From: Paragordius varius
Lineage: Eukaryota; Animalia; Nematomorpha
Length of the DNA: 64,000 bases
Direction of reading: 5' to 3'
NCBI GenBank assembly: GCA_964247055.1
Contig: OZ176052.1
Location: forward strand, 62,001 to 126,000
The translations under genes and the position numbers were made by a program. The notes under the pieces were generated by a model. That model saw only the letters and a list, made by a program, of their open reading frames with translations, did not search any database and had not been told where the DNA came from. Below, piece after piece: positions 51,653 to 64,000 of the stretch; position 1 is the stretch's first letter; each line of letters opens with the position of its first letter.

Positions 51653-51920
51653 CAGTAAAAATTGATATACCGACAAAACGTAAAAATATAAAGATATATA
51701 TTATTATCTAAAAGATGTTTCCCATATAAGATACTTAGTTCTCATTGTAAAATATGGAATTGATTGAGTTAGTCTTATATATATAACTTTATTTCACACT
51801 TTGCCATATAAAACAATGAGTTATATTGATATAAATCATGATTTCAAAAGTATGGTTGTCTTTTAAAAAAAATATTTGTCTTTATATTTGTAGTTTTTGT
51901 CCGTATAATTTCAGTTTATA
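51653..51920. mobile_element. MITE family A copy (only intergenic full copy seen)
   Basis: Family A TIRs. Confidence 0.75.
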
Positions 51921-54592
51921 TGCATTTTAGGGGGGGTAATTTATACGAATAACTAGCTCTACAGTAAAATTGGAAACACGGGAAACGGTTTCAATAAGAT
52001 CTAAACTTTTTTGAATAACCTTTAACTTGAAAACCGTATTTTTTAACTTTTATTTTTAAAAGGCTCTGTGTTAAATAAAAATTAGGAAAGAATGTCGATT
52101 TTTTGTAATAATTAATTATTTAGTTTGGAGTTTTTTGTTTTATGCATCCTATGTTTTCAACTTTTAGTGAATTTGTATATCAATTTTTTTTTAAAGTTGA
52201 TTTAACTAAATTTTAAGAGATATGTTTATATTATTTAAAGGGCTTGTATTAAATTTTGTCACTAAAATTTTGAAATAAATATTGAATCAGTAAGCATTTC
52301 GAATCCAATTGGAGATTGCAATTTACATAATGAAAATTATTTATTAATTGCTTTTTGAAATAAACTACATTAAAGCTTCACTCAGATGATTTATTTGCAC
52401 AAATCTCACAAAGTTTCGATCCTATATTTAAAAAAAGGAGTTTTGATTTTCCTGTAATGATATATTTCCGCCAAATTGTTCAATTTCAATTTTTTTAAAC
52501 ATGAAATTAAATATTATTAAAAGTATATCTTTGTGACAATTAAATAAATTATGAATAAAAGAGAATGCCTTAATCTGAGGCTATCATTAATACACTAATT
52601 TTACCAAGTTTTACTTAAAATTTATAATTTTATAAATTTACTAAAAAAACAGTATTTTGTCTTTTCTATATTGCTCTTTATTGAGAATTTGTAAAACCTA
52701 AAACAATCATGATTGGAATAAATTATGATAAGATAAGATAAGATAATTCATTTTCATGTGTAATAAATATATATCAATGTAAAAATGCTAAAATAATTTA
52801 TAGATATATCGTAGTAACATATTGATTTTCTTTAATTGAATCAAATTAGGAGGGAGACTGTGGAATCGTCTTTTCCGTTATTCTTTTTGGATATTTCTAT
52901 AAAAATTTTAAGGAAATTCTTACAAAAAATCTTAGATATATCCTTTTTTTGTTTTCCTGAATAATTTTAACTTTTTTTCTTATGTTAGGCTTGTTCACAC
53001 TAATTTGTTAAATTGGACATACTGGCTGTGTAATACTCAAAGCGCGATATATAATTAATTAATGAAATTTTCTTGGAATCTAATATGGATACTAATATTA
53101 CAGAATAGGTCAACTCAACTTTGCTCAAATTAATTAACAGTAATTAGAACTTACGTTAGTTTGAAAGATTTATCTGAGATTCTATATCCAACATCTATAC
53201 AGTCTTATCAACACTTTTTCTGTTCGAAAAGGAAATATAAAATTTGCGTAGGCGAGATTTTAGGCAAAATATTGATCAGTTAGAAAGGATATTAGAAATA
53301 TTCACCCTAAAATTGATAGTTTTCGAAAAATATAATGTAAATATTTCTTATTTTTGCAAAAAAATTTGTTTTTTTTGGCAGAACATGTATATATTGATTT
53401 AAATAATATTATCAATAAATTTAATATTTTATCATTTTATATTAGCATTTTAAAATGATAAAATCAAAAAATATTTCAACAACCTTGTTTCTACTATGAA
53501 AAAATGATTAAAATTTATAATTTTTTAAGGTTTCTTCGATATATATATTTCCAACTAAAAGAAATGCCGCTTTTTTGGATTCTTTCTTATAAATGATTAA
53601 ATTAAATGAAAGAGGGAGAAGGTATTTATAACTTAAAAATATCAATATCTGTTTTAATATTTATGATGACAAATTTAATATATGGGGGGGGGGGGCGCCT
53701 ATAAATTATTTATATAGTATGCTCAGCGAGCACAATGTAGTTTTATAAATCATGATATATTTTGCCCAAGCAAAGAAAATTTTAAAGAAAAAATGTTAGA
53801 CGAGAGTTGATATTTTAACAAGATTTTTCTAGAAGCATTTTAGGCATAAAAACAGGAATTAGTAATTATTGTATATATTGCATATCAGAAATTATTATTT
53901 GAATATTTTCTAATTAAATATTCTTTTATGCGTGAAATATTTATAATTGGAAAATAGAAATCTGAAAAAAAAGTAGCTCGAAAAATTTAATATTGAATAT
54001 TCTTTTATTAATTATAAGAAATTCAGACTAGACTAGACTGACTTGCATTTAATAGATTAATTGAATTTGCAAAATCGAAAAAAAAGCATTGAAAAATCTT
54101 TATTTCATACATATTAATTATTTATGGGAAAAAATTTTTACTAAAACCCCACGTTTGTCTTTATAACGTTTTCCTGGAAAAACTTTTTAATAAGGAATCC
54201 GTTATGTTTAATCGCCTATGCATTTTAATGCGTCATTCAAAATAGATATCTGACAATATTACATTATAAATTTTGGATTTTATTCCCACGTATATTCTAT
54301 ATATTCTTTTGGAAGAAAACATATTTTTTTCCTTTAGATCAGTTTTTAGTCAAAATTTGTGTGATATATATTTTATTAATTAATATATTCCTTTTCGCAA
54401 TAAAATTTAGATTTATCATGCAAACTCTTAAGAACTTTAAAAAATAACTAATAAAAAAGTTTATTTATAAAAACCCAAAATAATACCATCATTTTGAAAT
54501 AATTATTGCTTTAAAGATCCAATCACCACCTATATTATTTTGCGATTATTTCTTCGCCCCTTTAAATTAACTCAATAGATTATTAGTAATTA

Positions 54593-57413
54593 ATGTCTTT
54601 CATCGTTTCAAATTTTATAATTCTTTCGATTATTCTTATGGGCTGGATGGCGAAATCTGAGGGAGTTTTTTTGAAAACTAAACCATGGTTTCAATCCACA
54701 AATAGTGTAAGCGATTATCCACTCTCAGCAGGGATCCTGAAAGATGTCTCAAATTCTGAAGATTTTGCCAATCATCCCAATGAAGATGACAAAAATTTGA
54801 TTGGGAAAAATAAGGATGCTATCGTCTTGGAACTTGTTGATAATGGTATAAATTGTGTTTTAATTTACAATTCTATACCATTTACAATTCCAATTCACTC
54901 TTGAACAATTCAAATTCACCCTTTAATTCAAATTCACCCCCTAAAAATAAATTATATGTTTTCGGGCTGCTGAATTAACTCATTATTAATGTGAAACAGT
55001 CTTTATGGGGCATATTTTATTATTTTTTCATTATTATTTAAATTTAAAACAAAATTTTAGTTTTTGAAGATATATAAAAATATAGGTAACTTTTAATCTT
55101 AAAAAACATATAATTTATTTTAGGATGAACTTGAATTGTTTAAGAGTGATTTTGAATTGTTAAGGGTGATTTTGAATTGTTTAAGGGTGAATTTGAATTG
55201 TAAATGATTTATATTTAAGAAAGTAATCAACTCACAAAATATCACTTTTTTATAATAAATTTGTTTAACTACACTATTCAAAAGTTTAAAGCGTAAAATC
55301 ACAAGTACAAGTTTAAAATAATTACCAATCTTTTCAAAAAAAAGTCTGTCATTTGCTTTAATCCATAAAATATAATCATCAGCCACCTATTACTCCAGCC
55401 AAATCATTATATTTTACTATTTGTAACCTATTCTCTCTTGATTTGATCAAACTTTACAATCAATATCAAGTTTTACTGAATTATAAATTAAACTTTTTGA
55501 TGTAATTGAGTATAAATATCTGCAAATGTGTCAAATAGCTATAAAATGATTGGTATTATATGGTGCCATGGCCCATGAAAGAAGATAAATTTTTTTCGCG
55601 GATTTTTTCAATTTTTTAATAAGATCACTGTTCTAAGCTAAGAGTTTATTGATAAGGGGCTTATTGAAGAGTAACATTTAAATTTCAGGTAGGATTTATA
55701 TATCAAGTTTATTCTGTAGGTGGATTAAAAAAAGTGTTAAACTGTATCAAGTAATATTTTTTACCTTAGAAATATATATTTAATGTATTTTTCAGGTGTC
55801 CCCTCAGAAAAAATTATAATTCCATTACTGGCGAAACCCGAGGACAGTGATGATGGAACTGATAACTCTGAAGACCTAATCCCAAATTCAAAATCTAAAT
55901 TCCGGTTTTTGCCTCAAAAAGGGCAGACTCTTTTACGTGGAGGACAACTTGGGAAAAAGTTAATGAAGAAACGAAAATATCTCAGGGGCAATAAAGTAAC
56001 CAGCTTCATATATGAACCATTTTACCTTTACAGCGATGATCAGGATAGCACTTACCGTAAGTACAATTATAATTTTGAATGATTTCCAAAATGTATTGAT
56101 TATCATCAATAGGAAAAATTTATATATTATTAATTGAAATAAGCCTACAGAAAAAATTGAAATTATACGGACAAAACGTAAAAATTTAAAGACAAATATT
56201 TTTTTCTAAAAGACAACCAAACTTTTTAAAACCTTAATGTTTCCCATATAAGCTCCTTAGTTACTATTGTTAACAGATTTGATTGAGTTAGTTTTATACA
56301 TCTCTATTTCACACTTTAGCATTTTAATCAATGAGTTATATTGATACATATCTAGATTTAAAAAAGTTGTCTTTTAGGAAAGAACGTTTGTCTTAATATT
56401 TTTACGTTTTGTCCACATTTCAGTTTTTACTGTATTTTGACTAATTTATTCAACAATGTAGTCATTAGAAAGTCTTAACATATTTTATAATTAACTTTAC
56501 ACCTAGGCATTATATTATTTACATAATTTAAAATGGATATTATAAATTTTAGAATTTGTAAATATTTAAACGTTAATCCAATATAATTTTTATTCTTTTC
56601 CCTTAAAGGGTATATTAAGACAATAGGTCCACTCATAGTAATTTCTCCCTACTTTGATTTTTTAAATTAAAATTCATATACTACTAAATAGCTCATGCGG
56701 TTATTATTCTGCGTTTGGTTACATATGGTCTTTATTTTTAAATGCAACCGCGTAAATCTATATACCTTGATACAATTTAAATAGTTGATAAAAAATTTTC
56801 AGCCATCAAATAGAATCATAACTTAATTAATGCAGTAAAAATTGAATTTATACGGACAAAATGTAAAATTATAAAAACAAATATTTTAATTTAAAAGACA
56901 ACCATTCTTTTTTAAACCTTAATTTTTCCTATAAAAAACATTTAATTACAATCGTAAAATACATAATTGATTTTGTTAACAATCTTCACTATATCATACT
57001 TTGTAGTTTAAAACAATGAGTTATATTTCAAAAAATCAAGATTAAAAAAGTAAGGTTATCTTTTTGAAATAAATACTTGTCTTTATATTTTCACGTTTTG
57101 TCCGTATAATTTCAATTTTTATTGTAAACGTTTTGTTAATTTTAGGTTTCAATAACCCATACAAGCGAAATATATGTAAGTTTCTTTTTAAAATTCTACA
57201 AGTTTGATTATTTTAACTGCTATACTTGTTTTATTAAATAAATATATGAAAAATAGTTAAAAAAAAATTTTCCTTTAAATATTAGTTGGAATTGATCTTG
57301 CGGAACACATAATGAAAGCTAATTCATTGGATCGCAAAATTAATGATATGCTTCGGTTTGGAAGAAGGATTAAACGTAAAACTCCCACAAATAATGCCAA
57401 ATTTTTATATTAA
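54593..57413 (+). CDS. Putative RFamide neuropeptide precursor; exons 54593-54845, 55796-56056, 57146-57175, 57286-57413 (223 aa)
   Basis: Signal peptide, several dibasic sites and C-terminal KR-NIFGIDLAEHIMKANSLDRKINDMLRF-G-RR. All introns are phase 1 GT-AG; CDS is 672 nt. Confidence 0.72.
54878..55207. mobile_element. MITE family B copy (neuropeptide gene intron 1)
   Basis: Family B termini and 21-bp units. Confidence 0.8.
56148..56432. mobile_element. MITE family A copy (neuropeptide gene intron 2)
   Basis: Family A TIRs. Confidence 0.8.
56833..57124. mobile_element. MITE family A copy (neuropeptide gene intron 2)
   Basis: Family A TIRs; ends about 21 nt before the next exon. Confidence 0.8.
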
Positions 57414-59105
57414 ACTTTTTAAATTAACTACTTTAAAATTACAATTACAAAGGCATGATATATATATAATGAAATATTTTTATTTTAATTCATAAATTGT
57501 AATATATTATTCATTATAAAAATAATAAATGCATGCACGTTTAATATTTATATATAAGTATTAGCGTAAATCTCGTGCTGCTACGCAGCTCAAGGAAGTC
57601 CTTCGCACTTCTGGAAGGGCTATTTGGAATAGGGGACAATAAAATTATCCACATAGGTGGATTTTCGAAAAATTATTTAATAGCTATGATCTCATAGGAA
57701 TCTTAAAACGGTGCATTCATACTAATATATTGTTTACTTGGGGGAAAAATATAGTCAAAAAATTATTTTTGTGGACTTTGTTTTTTTTTGAAAAAATGGC
57801 ATGTTACGGGGGGATCGGGTAAAAAGAGGGACTAAATCAAAAAAGCGAGACGACTATGTTAGGATCGAAAATAAATAAACAAATATCATTTTTGAAATTG
57901 AATGATCCAACACGTTCTTCAGAAAATTGTCTCAAAGACACGATTTTTGTGGATTTCTGTTTCAAAAAAAACCCGTTTTTCACATTGGATTGTGATCCCG
58001 AACTGGGGGCCTATATCAAGCGAAGCTATTGTCGGGGCATTCATTATATTTTTTCGATGTTTATATTTAAAAGGGTCAACCGGTTTTCCGGTACCAGATC
58101 ACAAATCCAGTATTTTCCATTTTTATAATAATATAGATTCTGGTATAGCGTCACAATTAAAATTGTTTTCGTTCATTTTCCCTTTAAACATTTAACTTAA
58201 GAATTAATAAAAGAAAAAGTATGTTATTAATTTTTGGATATTTCATAATGGGAATTTCTAGTTAAAATCCCTTTATCCAGGAAATCTTGACGGTTAACAA
58301 AATCTTAAATTAGAGTCATACCTGAGATTTGACAAGAATGGTATCTATGTGCTAAAACTATCCTTTTATATTTCACTCTCTAAAAATTTTGAAAAACCCT
58401 GTTTCACTTCCAAAATATTGACTATCAAACCGTTTCGTTGCAACTGCAAACTCTTTAATAAGTGTGGTGTATTTGGTATTACCGATTAAATTAAAAGCTC
58501 CTTGTTAAAAAATTATATATTTTTTGTAAGAGTTTCGAAATAATTAATCACTAAAAATCAGAAAAATGGCAGATGGTAAACCTTTATTTGAGTTTACTGA
58601 AGATAAAAATTAAAAATTTATTTCTTCGATACATATATATATATTTTTAAAAGATTAGGTCATCATCGGATTTTTCTACCTTAAATTTTTTATTCCAATT
58701 TGATTATAAACCACGATGATGCTGAGGTCTAATTAGGTTTCAATTGGATAAAAAAATATTACGTGCAAATGTTATATGGCCCATAGTTTTTATGGCAATC
58801 AAACTGGCTTTAAAAATATTTGTTTTATCATAGATTATATACTTGGTTTTTTATTCAGTTTCGCTCAAACAATCTTATTATTTGTCTTTATGTCAGAAAC
58901 ATATGATTTAACATTAATATTGGAGAAATTAGTGATAAATTGGCAATCGATTTAGAAACTACCTATTTTTTGGGACTAAGATTGAATTTTTCCAAGAAAA
59001 TCAGATTCTCACACCAAAATCTTAAGAACAGCTTTGGTTCCAATTACATTTTTATATCCCAGTACCATCTTTTAGTTTTTTGGCGTGGTTAGAAGTCCTG
59101 ATATA

Positions 59106-59290
59106 CAGTATGCATTTTAATGGTTGCTTATTTCACACTATAATAACGCAATTTGCTACACAGGAGTGTATGGAAAAAAGTAAGAAAATAATTGTTTAAT
59201 TAACATTTTGTTGTTTTTTCCATACACTACTGTTGTGTTGAAAATTGCCCTACTATAGTGTGAATTAAGCAACCATTAAAATGCATATTG
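59106..59290. mobile_element. MITE family C (185 bp, TA target)
   Basis: About 75-bp inverted repeat CAGTATGCATTTTAATGGTTGCTTA..., flanked by TA on both sides. Confidence 0.8.
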
Positions 59291-60659
59291 TATTACAGTA
59301 AGTTTTAAAAAAATAAGACCTAATATTTAGGCAGGTGAAAGGTTTTTTGTATATAGCCGCAAGTTTAGTTAATATAGTCAATCATATCATAAGTTATTAC
59401 TTTATAAATAACCTATAGATTAGGAGAGTTCAATAATACGCATTCTTTAATGCTTAAGCTTTATAAAAAATAAAAATGGCTTACGATGAGTTTTATCAGA
59501 TACTCTTGCAATGGTAGACTTTTGCAATTTAACTTTTAATTTCATTGAGAGTAAAATTATTTATATCCTATTTAAAGCTTCGATACTATAAAGTGAAGCG
59601 TCCCAAATCAAAATCTTAAAAAATCAAATAAAAAGTATTTTATGATTATAATATTATGGAGGTTTGGACATAATATATTGCAATTTACTATCAGTGTTAA
59701 AAATTTAACCCATTGGTAAATATATTAAAATTATTAGGGGTCAACACGTTCGCTATTTGACGAAGAGAATAAAATTAACATTTTTAGTAAAATATATGAA
59801 AATATTTTTAATCTAAATATTAAAATACGGGTTATATCTGGCATTCTAAAATGTTATTTGATTAACTAGCATAAGTAATTTTTTCATTCAGTATAGCCAA
59901 CGACTTTTGAAAATTTTTCTTATATATAATTTGAAGTGGTCAATTGCCTATTATTTGCAAAGTTGTTAAATCTTACAACTGGACACAACTTTGAGAAATT
60001 TCTAACTGTGGAGCATATTAATTTCATGAATATATTATTATTCAGGCAATTTTTTGGCAGACTCTACATTATATATTTTTGAATTTCAAGGTAATCGTTT
60101 CGAAAAATGTTTAGTTTTATTACAAAGGTGGAGTTTGAGACGTTTTGGGATTTTATCACCAATCTATCGGTCAATGTGACTAATATCTCTTTAAATATTA
60201 TAATGTTTAAAATTTATATTTATAAGCTTTCTAAAATTGTCTTAAGACGGAGCTGATAAATATATGACAATATATATTTATTACATAGATTATCAAAAAA
60301 CTTTTAAGAATAATAAAACACTTGTAGAAAGTTAGCATTTATTTTATAAATAATTTATGACGTTGATGAATCGACTAAAGAGAAATCAATTTAATTAATT
60401 AAAAATATTCATAACCAACATAACTTTGCCAGCTTAAAATAATTTTTCTGCAAGATTTTTCATTTATTTTTGTTAGATGTAGATTTGCATACATATATGT
60501 ATAAAGACGGTAGAATCCCTCTTTATTGAGCAAAAAAACATTATAAATATATATTAAATTTGACAACATTTTTGACATAACACCACTTCTCTTGATTTTG
60601 GAATATAAATATTGATAAAATTCCTGATTTTTGTCATTTTATTTTAAATATAAATACTC

Positions 60660-60981
60660 ATGTCGCGTAAAATTATTTGGATTTGGGCGACTTTATTAAT
60701 ATCTTTGGTAGCCATGGAATTCGAATGCCGACATTTAGCTTTTCGCTTCAGAGGTTTATTTTTTATATTTTTTGATTTAATCATAATCAATTCCTAGTCT
60801 CGTAATTTCTCAGTAAATTTTAGTAAAAATTTAGCATTTTACGTGTCTTGTATAATCAGTTAAAATATATATAGGCATTAAACGTCACACTTTAAATCCA
60901 GGCGGAAAATTCGTAGATTTAGATCCTTACTCAATGAATAAGCTTTTAGAACAACTCGATCGTTTGGAATGGGTTGGATAA
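60660..60981 (+). CDS. Putative small amidated-neuropeptide precursor (PDF-like by eye); exons 60660-60753, 60875-60981 (66 aa)
   Basis: MSRKIIWIWATLLISLVAMEFECRHLAFRFRGI-KR-HTLNPGGKFVDLDPYSMNKLLEQLDRLEWV-G-stop; 121-nt phase-1 GT-AG intron. Confidence 0.68.
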
Positions 60982-61925
60982 TTTTATACGCTATTATTCC
61001 GGCTTATAATAAAAGTCCCCAAGCAGCCATGTGACTTAATTCTTGTCCAATTTTATATTTATATAGATAATTTTTTGTATCTGTTTATATAAAAATATTC
61101 AATTACCCATAAGAAATAAAGCAAATCATATCAATATATCTCTTAAACCAATGATAATTACAAAAAGCCCCATTTTTTTGCTCACAGAAACCAAAAGGTT
61201 GATTTTTTATTTTATCGCAATAAAAAATCAACCTTTTCATATGTGTCGTCTGATTGCAAAAAAAATGGTTGGTTAAATGAATGAATTTAAAGATATCTGC
61301 AAAACAGCAGAGTAATAAATTTTTTAAATAAAATATGGACGATTACTTTTAATATGTTAAAATTTGGCATTACCATTTCTCAAACTCTATTTTATTATAG
61401 TAAGGACATATAACCAAAATATATTTATTAATACATGTAAAAATCAAATAACAATGTTATAATTAATTAGTTAGATCAAGAAGTTTGCATATGAAAAAAA
61501 TCTTACATATATATATTATAAAAATTACATTCAGCTCATAAAAAATAATTTGGATTTGTTGATATGTAAAACATGAAATATTTTATTTTACAAACAGCCC
61601 ATGGTTATTGCAGTAGGGAATATAAAATACGTCTTCATATAATTTACAAAAAAAGGTTTATTAATTATTAGAAAATTTCTAATGATTGAGGCTTAGCAAA
61701 AATTATATTTAGAGCGTTTCTGTACATACACACTAAATTTCGATATAATAAAAATACTAATACTTTCACAATACAAATGGAAGAAGTTATAATTTTTGCG
61801 ATGATTTAATTTTTTGAAATTGTAATGGAGTTCCGTTTATCGAGTAAGAATTTCTAGTTTAAGCACCATTTGTAATTCAAGGCGATCAAAAAGGGTTCGT
61901 AAATAAGTCCTAATGCAATTTCAAT

Positions 61926-63379
61926 CACAGATAACATCTCATTACCCTGATATCAGCTGTTCCGCGGGTACAGTGGTGTTCTAGGTAAATCGAATTCCTC
62001 ATGAGTGTTCTAAAATTCCCGGTTGGCTATCAAAACATATATATATAATATTGAAATTGGATTAAATGAGTTCTATTAAACATTATTACAATGTAAATTT
62101 TAATATTCATTTATATTTGGTTGCAGAAGAAAAATAGGTTTTTAAGTAAAACCCAATAATGGAATATAAAATCTCCCTTTCATATTTACATTTGAAAATC
62201 AAAAGTGTTGATTATTAAATATGTCTATATACAGTTTATATATTAAATCCAGTCATATAAATTTCGACTATATATATTTTACCGGTAACTCTATATGTTG
62301 AGTCCCACACTGCATGAACTTGATAAAGGTATAGAAATAGCGTTGGTCTCGCATTGGAAATTCGCATTCGCCTTCATCCGAAATCCGGATTATGCCTGTA
62401 AAAGGTGTCGTGAAGTTTAGGAATACACTGTGTCCAGTTTTATTGCAAGTTATATCGGCTATAAATAATTTATCAAGATATTATCTAACGTTATATAAAC
62501 ATTATCAAAGAATGAATACAAAAATTAACAAAACTTACCGTTATATGTAGGGAGTGGGACATCAGTCGAACAATCCTAATATAAAAAATGTAATTTTGTT
62601 TTTTTATAAAGCTTAATATACTCTTTATAGCAAATGCTTTTGACGATTGTAATATACAAAATTAACTAATATAAATCAAACAGCCAAAATTAATAGGAAA
62701 ATGTTTTAAAATTATATGCTATTTTTACTCGGGGTATGGTCCTTTTAAAGGGAACCGGTTTTGGAGATCGGTCAAATACACCCCTGTTTTGTGGATGATA
62801 AATGACAACTTCGTTTTCGGGGAAATGGCAATTAAAATAATGCGTTAGGGAGGAGCCATCAATTTGCATTAGGATGGAATTGGAAAAATGAATTCTATCC
62901 TATAAAATGCGCATAATTTACTTTATATTCTAGGTTATATGTTTCAAAAATATTTGAAATAACCCATGGGATATATCCAAAATCACATAGAAAAAAGTGG
63001 AAAACAAACTAAATACTTTGGCTGGACTAATTTCCGTTCCACAGTCATAGTAGGGTATGTAGAAAGAAACAACCGATTCTCGTGAAATAGCAAGAGAGCA
63101 GTTTTTCCCTTGAAGCACAGTACTTGTGCGCTGAGGAAAATCAATAGTAATCTGAATTCGATCTTTTTTGCAGTAATGTAAGGCTATAGATATTGTAATA
63201 AGATATTTATAATATTTTAGAAACATGTATATATTTTGGACAAAAACTTTATAAATTCATTAATTAAACAAACAACTATTTACCTGAGACCCCTCCTGTA
63301 GTTGGTATTGGTGATATAGATTTTGGGTATGGAATCGTTTTATATGTGGGTGGGGGCGGTTGATGATGTGGCTGGAAAG
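61926..63379 (-). CDS. Partial cuticlin-like protein with two ZP-N-type domains; exons seen 63284-63379, 63017-63183, 62729-62899, 62539-62575, 62283-62458, about 61926-62026; both ends unresolved
   Basis: Pro-rich linker, then C-KKDRIQITIDF...C...YDCGT...YFNC and TCNKTGHSVFLNFTTPFTGII...C...QCGT...RC. Cys spacing resembles ZP-N; internal splice phases agree. Confidence 0.6.
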
Positions 63380-64000
63380 CTGATGTTTTGAAAAATAAAA
63401 CATTATTAAAAATTATTTTAAATTTATAAAAAATTGTTACTTGGGCCGGAAAAAAACCGTTAACAACCCTACAAATTGATCAGAAATTAAGTCTGAACAT
63501 ATGGTTAAATTTATTAAAATATTTGTTAATATTGTATATTTTTCTTCTTACGCTTTCAAATCTGTAAATTTAATTTCATTGATTTGACAAAATGTTATGG
63601 GAGCATTCGCTTAGTTAAATCACATAATAATTTGGCTTAATAATGGTTTAAAAATATTCCCGGTGTTGATGAGAAGCTGATAAATTCAAATTAACAGATA
63701 AACAAAGTAAATACTATTCATATCTATAATTTATTCCGAATATACCAGGTGCAAGAAAGAAATTAATCTTATTAATATTGTACATCGTCATCAACACATT
63801 TCGCCCATCTCTCACGGATTATTAAATGCCATGCCAGAGAAAACCGATTATCTTTTGCATAAAACCATTCGTCATGCTACAATGTCTTTTAAATTATTGA
63901 AACACTGCTCAGCGAGCGTGCCCATTGATGCGAAGTTATAGGGCGACAGGTCAGGAGATTTCAGGAGATGCTAAAATATTTCCCATTAAAGGAAATTCAA

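Noticed and set aside
57286-57370. Similarity of the RFamide peptide to vertebrate 26RFa/QRFP (LAEE...RK...RF)
   Set aside because: Only a few scattered identities; not enough to assign a family by eye.
57856-58195. Two overlapping ORFs of about 90 aa
   Set aside because: No motifs or convincing splice context; probably part of an unclassified repeat.
63400-64000. Candidate first exons or signal peptide for the ZP gene
   Set aside because: Several possible micro-exon combinations were tried; none gave an unambiguous open frame.
1-64000. tRNA, rRNA or other structured RNA genes
   Set aside because: None recognised by eye; a covariance-model scan would be needed to exclude small ncRNAs.

Overview
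Very AT-rich, intron-containing animal genomic DNA in the standard genetic code; the organism cannot be identified from this window. Positions 1-6.6 kb hold a decayed Buster/Charlie-type hAT transposon with a young Mag-like Ty3/Gypsy LTR retrotransposon (681-4994) inserted in its transposase. Hand-built spliced gene models follow: TRMT5 (-), head-to-head with AAMP (+); a GPI-type Ly6/three-finger protein; a 23-exon diacylglycerol kinase theta; an LRR single-pass membrane protein; an orphan protein; an NKAIN-family gene; two putative neuropeptide precursors; and a partial tandem ZP-N protein (-). Introns carry two MITE families (A, about 20 copies; B, 8 copies with 21-bp subrepeats) and LINE relics. 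The strongest observations are three consecutive 25-28 nt introns in NKAIN, all 8 family-B elements lying within 35 nt of an exon edge, a 66-aa PDF-like prohormone missed by the ORF track, a 27-aa RFamide precursor, and a Ly6 domain apparently lacking both cysteines of one disulfide. All models come from reading splice sites and frames by eye, with no transcript or database support. Repeat coordinates are approximate.
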